IMG/VR virus record: IMGVR_UViG_3300011113_000491
Coordinates: 32,001 to 96,000 of that record
Length of the DNA stretch: 64,000 nt
Source of the DNA: a virus
Reading direction: 5' to 3' (one strand)
Part shown: positions 1 to 8,700 of the stretch, piece by piece
Layout: each line of letters starts with the position of its first letter
Position numbering within the stretch: the first letter of the stretch is position 1
Position numbers and translations under genes: made by a program
The notes under the pieces: generated by a model
The model's database searches: none
What the model saw: the letters and a program-made list of their open reading frames with translations, nothing else
Told to the model about the DNA's origin: nothing

Positions 1-34
1 TTTTATCTTTGATTAAAAGTGGCATTGTTAATTT

Positions 35-703
35 TTAAAAACTTATTGTTCTTTTTCTTCCAATTGTATCTTCAATTTCAAATACTTTAGGCGATACACC
101 AATTTCACTTAATCTTGTAACTTTAAATAAGAAAGATCCAAGTTCCTGTGTGTTTACAATTGATGCATCAGTATTTTTTATTTTAAATCTGTCAGCACCA
201 TTACTTGAAGATGAAAATACAACGCCGGAATTGTCATTAAATATAAATCCTTCATCGGAAGAATTAGAGGAACAAAGAACAAAAGAAGTTTCATATTGTA
301 TATAATAGCTTCTTGATTGTCCTTTTGCAAAATTAGATCCTAAAGTGTCTAGTATTGATCCATCTATAACAGCCCAAATTCTATAATATTCGCTAACTTT
401 AAAATTTGCTATAACAATGTCTAATCTTAATCGATTTAGTGTTCCAGATATTACAATATCATTCAAAGAAGGTAAAAAAACTTTATCACCGGATATAGAT
501 GATAAATTTATAGTATTGCTAGATGCAACGTCATAGAAAAAAATATTGTTATAGGTATTTTGAAATAATATATTCTCTTGAATTTCATTTAGTTCTGAAG
601 CCTGTAAAGAATATCCTGGTTTAAACGCAACCAAAGAATATTTGTGGTTTTCAAAAACTTCATTTCTACTTTTATATGGCGATGAACCTAATGGTGAACT
701 CAT
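35..703 (-). CDS. Virion structural protein with DUF4815-like N-terminal motif
   Basis: FKPGYSLQASELNEIQ resembles the F.PG...QA.EL.Q.Q motif found in proteins downstream of gp8 in T4-like phages; last gene of the baseplate operon here. Confidence 0.6.
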   Translation of the reverse strand: MSSPLGSSPYKSRNEVFENHKYSLVAFKPGYSLQASELNEIQENILFQNTYNNIFFYDVASSNTINLSSISGDKVFLPSLNDIVISGTLNRLRLDIVIANFKVSEYYRIWAVIDGSILDTLGSNFAKGQSRSYYIQYETSFVLCSSNSSDEGFIFNDNSGVVFSSSSNGADRFKIKNTDASIVNTQELGSFLFKVTRLSEIGVSPKVFEIEDTIGRKRTISF

Positions 704-704
704 A

Positions 705-2450
705 TTAAATCCTTGTTACTGTTATTATATTAATTGACGTATTTTCTAAATTTCCAGTTGTTCTGGGACTTACAATTTGACTAGATCTTGGTGTTCCGGT
801 GAATTGAGTAACATGTGTCGGAATTGATACATCTTCAGGAGTTACTGTTGTAGATTCACCATCCGGTAAAATAATTGAGCTAATTCTAGAATATTGAGAT
901 TTAATATCACCACTAACTCTTACATATTCATACGAAGCATCTTCAGAAACATTTTTAATATCTATTGTTGATATTGGTGAATAATTTTCTACAACCTCTA
1001 CTCCTGTCCAATTTGTAGGGTTTTCTAATTTCTCTTTATCACTTCCAGAGAAACCACTTTTTACAAATTTTAAAGTAGTTAAAAATGATTGAATTTCTTT
1101 TGTATATTTTGAAGATGTGGATTTACCAGCAACAGATGAAACTTCTCCTTCTTTTATTGGATTTTCAACCAATGAAAAGAAATTTATCTCTCTCGGTAAA
1201 ATTAAACTTTCATCTGCTAATTCTTGTTTTCCTAAACTAATAGAAGTCATTACGCTATTTGAATTTAATGTTTTTGCAGGATCTAAACCTAGTTTATCAA
1301 CAGGATCTAAATTTATTTGAATTTTTGAATTTATAAAGTCCTGATGATCATTCATTCCGGGTAAAAGAGATGTATCTATTGATAAACTTATGTCTTTATA
1401 ATTCTCACCCCTAGAAACAACTTTAATACCGTTTACTTGATGATTTCCGTTTGAATTTATAAATGTAGTCAATTCAATTACTGCACCATAACCTGTGAGT
1501 GATTTTATTTGTAATCTTGGATTTGCTTGTGTTGCAATCAATTCTGCTACAGTTTCTGATGATAAATCTACAAACGCTGAAACTATACATCCATCTTCAA
1601 ATCCATTATTATACCAAGTCGAATATAGTTTATAATAAACAGAATTAGGAGACAATTGACCAGTTTGAATTTGTTTTTCAATTAAATCAAATTTTGATAA
1701 TATTTCTATAGATTCTTCAACCTCTTGATTTCCATAAAAGACAGAAACAAAATCATCATCTTCATCTTCAAACAAGAAATAACACTCTCTGCACGTTAAT
1801 TCTGGTATTGATGTGTATAAATCACCTAAAGCGTATGATTCATAGCTGTTACCAGAAGTTGGTATTTCTTTTTCTTTATTTACATATACTGCACAGTTAC
1901 CAGTTGCTCCAACCACTCCATTACAAAAAGATGTACATCTATCCCAAGGAGTAGTTCCACCCAATCCCACTTCGTATTCGTCTAAACTTGGAACTGGAAT
2001 CCAGTCACTAGTTACAAATTTTTCAAGAGATGGAGTGATCTTAAAGAGGGCCAACCAACTATAACCATCGGAAAAGGAAACTTCTCCCGTCGTATGGGAT
2101 GGTTTAAATCTAGAAACAGTATCGTAACCATCTAGTCTATTGTTTGAATTATCAGATGTACAAAGATAAACGTAACCATTGTCTCGATTATAGATGTAAT
2201 AATTTTGTACGCTTGAAGAAATATTTGGCTTCCAAGGAGTATACTGAGATCCTCTATTCCATGAAATTCTAGGAACAACTGCTGAAACATCATTTCTAGA
2301 AACTTTATATGTTATTTCTGCATCTTTCCAAGCTTGCCTGAATAATTCTGAAGAATTTGGTTGCAATGAAGTTTGAGTAGTTTTTCCAAGTAAAAAATAA
2401 TTTTGATATTTTCTACCAACTTCTAGTTTGTAATCTATTGCTTTATTCAT
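705..2450 (-). CDS. gp8: Baseplate wedge subunit gp8-like
   Basis: VPRISW...YIYN...VYLC..N...PSHT...DGYSW..LF...FVTSDWIPVP signature; synteny gp6-gp7-gp8. Confidence 0.8.
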   Translation of the reverse strand: MNKAIDYKLEVGRKYQNYFLLGKTTQTSLQPNSSELFRQAWKDAEITYKVSRNDVSAVVPRISWNRGSQYTPWKPNISSSVQNYYIYNRDNGYVYLCTSDNSNNRLDGYDTVSRFKPSHTTGEVSFSDGYSWLALFKITPSLEKFVTSDWIPVPSLDEYEVGLGGTTPWDRCTSFCNGVVGATGNCAVYVNKEKEIPTSGNSYESYALGDLYTSIPELTCRECYFLFEDEDDDFVSVFYGNQEVEESIEILSKFDLIEKQIQTGQLSPNSVYYKLYSTWYNNGFEDGCIVSAFVDLSSETVAELIATQANPRLQIKSLTGYGAVIELTTFINSNGNHQVNGIKVVSRGENYKDISLSIDTSLLPGMNDHQDFINSKIQINLDPVDKLGLDPAKTLNSNSVMTSISLGKQELADESLILPREINFFSLVENPIKEGEVSSVAGKSTSSKYTKEIQSFLTTLKFVKSGFSGSDKEKLENPTNWTGVEVVENYSPISTIDIKNVSEDASYEYVRVSGDIKSQYSRISSIILPDGESTTVTPEDVSIPTHVTQFTGTPRSSQIVSPRTTGNLENTSINIITVTRI

Positions 2451-2462
2451 TTTTACACCAAA

Positions 2463-3608
2463 TTAACTTGCACATGCCGCTCCGCATGTTAGTCCTGCGT
2501 TTGGACTTGTAAACCCAGAAACATAACACATGTTTATGAAGTTATCAATATTTATATCGTTAAACTTAAATCCAACTATATTCTCCGACCAATTTGGGAA
2601 AACATGAGTTGGTTTATTCCAAGGACTCGCTTCAGCACATCCCTCACAATAAGTCAATCCATACAGAGAAAAAGTAGATCCACCAAAGCTACCAACACCT
2701 ATTTGTGTGTTATATGTTGTTCCAAGTTGATATGAATGATAATTTCCGAGTATAGGAGTTTCACAAATTAATAAATCAGTATCTCCCGGTACTCCTGCTC
2801 CTGGATAATCTTCTATGTTAGTTTCTAAAAGTGCTCTTAATCCTGCTGGATGTAGAGTATTCATGAAACTAGTTTTGTATAAGTCTTGATTTATTCCAGT
2901 TTTAAGAATATATGAAAAGTCTTGAAACCAATCAGAATCTTGTATTCTGGAATCGTTTAAAGAACTTCCCCCTAAGTCTAGAGTTTCATCATACTCACCA
3001 ACTCCACCTCTAAATGTGAAATTTTCAGAGTAGAACTTACCACCATTTAATCTTAATAGATTAACTTTTGGGTAGTAAATTGAAAAGTCTTCTTCAGAAA
3101 ATTCAGGAAATAGTGTTAGAAAAAAATACTTGATAGAATCAATCGTTGTTTTCTTTTGATTAAAATTTTTGGATATACCTTTTAATAATTTTATGAATTT
3201 TTCATTAGAAATAGAACCACCATTAAATTCAAATTTAGAAGGATCTAGTCCATTTCCATAAATTTGTAAAAATCTATTCAAATATGAAGTTCTTGTTTTT
3301 TCTATATCAACAAGATCTAAAAGATTTTGAGATAAGGTGTATTGAGCACCCGATGGATTATCACAATACAACCAATCATAGTATTTTTGAAGGAAATCAA
3401 AAACCGAAACTTGTTTTGTTCCATATTCATTTTCTAATTTAACTTTTTCCTCAACTATCCAAAAAGGAACATACCGACTAATATCAAAATTGGTAGGACA
3501 TTCGAATGAAGTATCCTCAAAAAAATCTTGAGAGGATAGCAAATCAAAGAAGTTTTGTAATTCACTTCTTAAACTAGATGATTGATTTGCTAGATATGAA
3601 TAATTCAA
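2463..3608 (-). CDS. gp7: Baseplate wedge protein gp7-like (short)
   Basis: FLQKYYDWL, IQDSDWFQDFSYIL and HPAGL motifs; position between gp6 and gp8. Confidence 0.7.
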   Translation of the reverse strand: MNYSYLANQSSSLRSELQNFFDLLSSQDFFEDTSFECPTNFDISRYVPFWIVEEKVKLENEYGTKQVSVFDFLQKYYDWLYCDNPSGAQYTLSQNLLDLVDIEKTRTSYLNRFLQIYGNGLDPSKFEFNGGSISNEKFIKLLKGISKNFNQKKTTIDSIKYFFLTLFPEFSEEDFSIYYPKVNLLRLNGGKFYSENFTFRGGVGEYDETLDLGGSSLNDSRIQDSDWFQDFSYILKTGINQDLYKTSFMNTLHPAGLRALLETNIEDYPGAGVPGDTDLLICETPILGNYHSYQLGTTYNTQIGVGSFGGSTFSLYGLTYCEGCAEASPWNKPTHVFPNWSENIVGFKFNDINIDNFINMCYVSGFTSPNAGLTCGAACAS

Positions 3609-5344
3609 AGTATTTTTACCTCTGAGATATAAAAGTTATTAACATTGTTATATTTTGATTGTAGTATTTTTTCATTCATTGGAATATTAATTGTGAATGA
3701 AACACTAGAAATATCTGCAAGATATATTATTCCTTGATTTATCAATATTCTACCATAATCTAAAGAAGTATCTTCTATTCCGGTTAGTGAATTAAAGCCT
3801 CTAATTTTTACAAAATTATCGAAGGAAGTGGTTGGTCCGGTTACTACTTTCAATATAATTGGTGTTCCATAAATATTTGAAAATTCAGTGCTTATGGTTG
3901 TAGAACCAATAAATGGGAATTTAAAAGGACTTCCTAAATTTATATTAGTTTCGCTACTCCTATTTAAGTCCATATTTGTTATAATATTTTTTCTATATTT
4001 TATATCAAATCTATCAGCAGATATTGAAATATCATCATATTGTTCCATTATAGAATTTGATAATTCAAATGAATCAAAGGTATAATTGAATGAATTATAT
4101 GTTATAGATTCTTGTATTTTATTTTTAACTTTTTTGATCGCTTCTAATTTTTGAGTTGGAGTCGGAGATACATTTTTATATGTGAATTTTACGTCTAGTA
4201 AAAATTCATTGTAAACGGGCGAAACATATTCCGGTAACACAGTAATTACTGAGTATTCCTTCAGATATGATATAATAGTGTTTGGATTTAAGGAATTATC
4301 TGCTATTGATACAAAGACTCTACCATACCTTGGGGGCTGTAGTTCATCGCCTCCAAAAATTGAAATTTGGTCAACGGAATCTATTAGTTTAGAATCCAGT
4401 AATAATCCCATATAATCAGATTTCGTAACGGCTCTACCTTGTGAAGAAAACCATTTTGGTGCTAAAAATTTAATTAAATTAATGTTTGGTTGATCTAGTC
4501 CGCCCCTAGACTCATTGCACTCATCACAAGACACCCCTACATTTAAGTTTCCGGGAGTATATGCTACAGGTGTTCCTGCTCTAAACTGATATATGTTATT
4601 TCCCTTAACTCCAGATGAAACCATATATCTTATCTCTAGCGCATCTCCATCCTCAATGGAAACACCCAAACTATTTTCAATTCCAAATTGAACTATAAAT
4701 CCACCAGTGCTTAGTCTTTCTACAAAATATATTTTATCATCTACTCTGAATGGAGTTCCTATGTTTCCAGATAAAGACCAAATTTCTGAATTTACCTTTA
4801 CTTGAATTGTAGATATATCAATATTTTCGTTTACTATTAAATATCTTTGTTTTTCAAAATCAAAGGAACTTATCGCAGATGTATCGTTTACTAACTGTCC
4901 TTCTGTTACTTCTATGACAACATCGCTGTCGTTCACTACTCCAGAATTTAAATTTCTAAAAACATATTCTATGCCATCTTCGTTTATTCCATAAAAATAT
5001 TCAAGTTCTGGAAATGAAGAATTATCTGCTTGATTTATACCTGTTACTTGTATAGTTGCCCTAGCAGATCTTTTGCCAGGAACGGTATATCCTAATGGTT
5101 TTGCTAAAGATATTATAGAATCTAATCTTTGTGCAGAATCTAAAAACATTTCACTTGATACCATGTTCATGTAATATGCATAGTAAAAAGTATTATATGC
5201 TAGTAAATCCACCAAAGCTCTAATAGCAGAGCCCTCGTAGTTGTAATCTTTAATTATGCTTTGATTTCGTAAATATTCAATTAAACTGCTTTTAATATCT
5301 TCAAAGTCTAGATTCCCAAGTACATTTGTTGGCGTATTTGCCAT
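3605..5344 (-). CDS. gp6: Baseplate wedge subunit gp6
   Basis: LDFEDIKSSL, DYNYEGS, LLAYNT, EMFLDSAQ, QGRAVT..DY, PPRYGRVF motifs. Confidence 0.93.
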   Translation of the reverse strand: MANTPTNVLGNLDFEDIKSSLIEYLRNQSIIKDYNYEGSAIRALVDLLAYNTFYYAYYMNMVSSEMFLDSAQRLDSIISLAKPLGYTVPGKRSARATIQVTGINQADNSSFPELEYFYGINEDGIEYVFRNLNSGVVNDSDVVIEVTEGQLVNDTSAISSFDFEKQRYLIVNENIDISTIQVKVNSEIWSLSGNIGTPFRVDDKIYFVERLSTGGFIVQFGIENSLGVSIEDGDALEIRYMVSSGVKGNNIYQFRAGTPVAYTPGNLNVGVSCDECNESRGGLDQPNINLIKFLAPKWFSSQGRAVTKSDYMGLLLDSKLIDSVDQISIFGGDELQPPRYGRVFVSIADNSLNPNTIISYLKEYSVITVLPEYVSPVYNEFLLDVKFTYKNVSPTPTQKLEAIKKVKNKIQESITYNSFNYTFDSFELSNSIMEQYDDISISADRFDIKYRKNIITNMDLNRSSETNINLGSPFKFPFIGSTTISTEFSNIYGTPIILKVVTGPTTSFDNFVKIRGFNSLTGIEDTSLDYGRILINQGIIYLADISSVSFTINIPMNEKILQSKYNNVNNFYISEVKIL

Positions 5345-5745
5345 TATCTGTTCCTCTCTACGCTAATTGTTACGGTTTGAATTGCTCTGGTATTTACATT
5401 TTGATATGTTAAATCTATTAGTAAAATTCTAGGATTGTTTGTATCTAGATTGAAATCAACTTCCATCACCTGTATTCTGGGTTCAAATCTATTAACTGCT
5501 GCTTGTAGATCTATTTTATACGGTGTCAATCTAACATCTTCATTGTTTATATTTTCAAATAACAAATCGTAAAAAACAGTACCAAAATCAAATTTAAAAG
5601 GTTTTTCTCCAAGTCTAGTCAATACTATATTGATTATAGACTGTCTAATTGCATTACCGTCTTTCTTTAAACTCAAATCGTTGGTAAATGAGTTTTTTGA
5701 AAAGAAAAATGGTATGTCGGAGAAAATATTCTTAGTTATTTGCAT
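5344..5745 (-). CDS. gp25: Baseplate wedge subunit gp25 (start corrected to MQITK)
   Basis: AIRQSIINIVLT..GEKPF...FG...LFE and FEPRI motifs; late promoter 5 nt upstream of ATG 5745. Confidence 0.9.
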   Translation of the reverse strand: MQITKNIFSDIPFFFSKNSFTNDLSLKKDGNAIRQSIINIVLTRLGEKPFKFDFGTVFYDLLFENINNEDVRLTPYKIDLQAAVNRFEPRIQVMEVDFNLDTNNPRILLIDLTYQNVNTRAIQTVTISVERNR

Positions 5746-5750
5746 GGCTT

Positions 5751-5758
5751 TATTTATA
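5751..5758 (-). promoter_or_regulatory. T4-type late promoter TATAAATA
   Basis: Exact consensus 5 nt upstream of the gp25 ATG. Confidence 0.85.
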
Positions 5759-5759
5759 G

Positions 5760-8700
5760 TTAAAATAAGTAAGATAATAATTTTTCTAAAGCAGTTGTAG
5801 TATAATCTGGTGACACCGGCAACGTATCTCGTATCAAAGTTAAATCTTGAGTGCAATTTGAATCTTTATAGAAACTCATATTGATTTCAGATATCAACCA
5901 CCTTCCGTGGAGATTCTTTTCAGATACTGCCATATTTGGGTCAGGATTTAGTTGTTTTATCTTTATAATATCTCCTACCTTTACTACACTTGTTGGTGGA
6001 ATTGATATTGTTATTTGCTGTGCTCCTATTTGTGATATTAGTGCTTTTCTAATCAACGGAGTGGCATCTGGAGTATCCCAGAAAGTAGCGTATGTTCTGC
6101 TATATTCTAGATATTCTTTAAATTTTTCTCCTTGATTTGGACAATCGCAACTACATGGATTTGTTGGGTCGCTCCAAAGACAACCAATATACTCTTCTCC
6201 CAATACACTTTCAATTAAATCACATTCTTTAATATCTAAATATTTTTTAAACAACTCTAGGTAACTTGGTTCTGGTTCATCTGGTATATGCTCTTGTGCT
6301 GGACAATTGCAATATGGATTTTCTGGACCACACTCATCATTTGAAATATAACCATCTGGATTTGCACATTTTAGTTTTCCACAGATATTTGGAATTTGTC
6401 TAGAGAATACCACAAATTGTGCAGAAAAATTGTCATCAAACACATCATGATTTGGTGACATTGTTTTTGGAGAAACCAAACCATAATCAGTTTCTCCAGT
6501 CAAATCATACTTCCAAACATCTTCAGGAATCAGACTTGGACGATATAACATAAAGTCCCCAAACATCCAATGCATTGTTGTTTTATGAAAGTAAGCATTT
6601 AATGCACCAAGTGAATTTGGAGAATGAACCTCTGCATGATTTGCTAGTGGTAAATTATTAGTATTTGAAAGAACACTAAGAAGCTTCAATCCAAAACTTT
6701 CTACAAACGACTTTCCTGCTGGAGTTAGACGCAACCATCTATCCACTTCATCCCCATACCACCAGTAGTAATCTTTATATTTGTGTGCAAAAATATCACC
6801 CAACACTCCACTACTTTCTCCATCAATTTCCGCAAACTTAGTAGAAAGCATATGGAACAACTTTTGTGGTATGAAGATGTTCTTTGGAATATGGAAAGAC
6901 CACCAAGATCTATGTGGTTTTACTTTTCTATGCGAGTATTGTAAATATCCACTAGCGTGGGCACTTTCTTTATATTCTGGATCAACATCCGCAGATCTTG
7001 TATACCAATCGTAATTATTATTACCTTTTTGTAATAGATCTACATCCGCATCTCCATGATACCATGATGATTTCCACCACCATCCCTTTGGATCTGCTGC
7101 ATAATATGGGAAAGTGGTTTCAAAACCAACTTCTGGCCACAATTCCATTCCATTATTTGTTAATGATGTATCATTTAGATTTCTATATTCATCCCACCAT
7201 CCATATTGCTTTTCCGTTTCCTCATCATCGACTTTTGATTTCTTAACTGCCACATCGAATCCATAAGGATCCATTCCTATTACTGCTACATTATTTCTAA
7301 TGGTTTGTCTGCCAGTTGGACCCGGTGTCAACGATACCAAGTAAGGTAGGAAATATTCAGTTCCTGCGTCTCTAATAAATCCATCGGGGAAATCTACAAT
7401 TCTATCTAACCCAATTGGTTTAGTAAATTCAATTCTAACGTAAGAACTTAATTGCTCTTTCTTTAAATTTGGTGGTATAGATTGTGGATTTATATTGAAC
7501 AAATTAAAAGTATTTTGGAAAGATTGACTCGTGACTGATGCCGGTATGTCCGTTTGAGTATTGCTAATTTCTAAAAATGAACTACTAAACCCGCTACCGA
7601 TCATTTGTTGATGTGGTATACTGAGATAACCACTCAATTCGATATTTGAGTTTTCCCCGCAAGTTGGAGCAAACTCTGAAACAAATGGGAAGTTATTTAA
7701 TTTGTTAACATCTTCGTTGTAATTATATGTCTTGAATAATTGTCTTTGAGATACAAATCTAGTTTGATATTTCTGTGAATAGTATGGATGGTTTGTTCCT
7801 TGAGTTTCATTGGTTGTATTATTCCAGAAGAAGTTATATAACCACTCTCCTATCTCACCCCCGGTTATTCCTTTGTTCTTTGCTAATAATTCGTATCTAC
7901 TACCTCTTATTTGTTTTTTCTTTATCGATTTAATATTAAATAAAGATTTTTTAGAAGCAGTTATAGGTTGAGCTCTTCCTCCATCTATACTTCCTTCAAT
8001 TTCTGTGCTGATATCAGTAAATACATTTTTTCCGGGGATCTTGGAATAGAAGAATGCCTTTCTGTTCCACCACTCTTGGTAGTTTTCGTTGAATTTTGTT
8101 ATAAATTCACTAGCAAAAATATCTCTTGCATATATGAGTAAAGATTTTTCTGCATTTAGAATTTTCAATTCTTCTATTGCTCTTCTTTTTTCTACTTCAA
8201 GATATAAAGGATTAAAGCATAAGGTGTTATAGCAATCTCCATTTTCTAAGCATCTTCTTGTAGTTTCTGGATCTCCATTCGGACCTATGTAATCATCTAT
8301 ATCTGTAAATGCAGAAGATCCACCCGGTTCGAATCTATATTCGTTATACCACCTACCTTCAGTACCAATATACTGAACTAAAGTTTTCATAAACTTATTT
8401 TTAGAACACAAAGAAGCCCATTGTGGCAATGGAGAATATGTAGTTGCCTGTTCTAATGTACAATTGCAGCAATTAGAATCGTCAAATTCTATATCCAATG
8501 CACTAGTAGAAAAGTTATTACACTTTATACATTTACCTTGAGGCAAAGTGATAAGCGGAACTCTTCCCAATCCATCAACATAATTAAATCCAATACAAGA
8601 CGCAGGCTCTCTATTAAATACACTACCAGTTAATGTATCTGTGCATCCTTGTCTTAGACATGCAGTAGTCCCCTCTTGACATAGATTGTAATTTCCTGTG

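Noticed and set aside
5746-5856. Upstream extensions given by the ORF track (also 21582, 28065, 29226, 43959, 44141, 48034, 50889)
   Set aside because: Extensions overlap neighbouring genes, tRNAs or promoters; downstream starts fit motifs and promoter spacing
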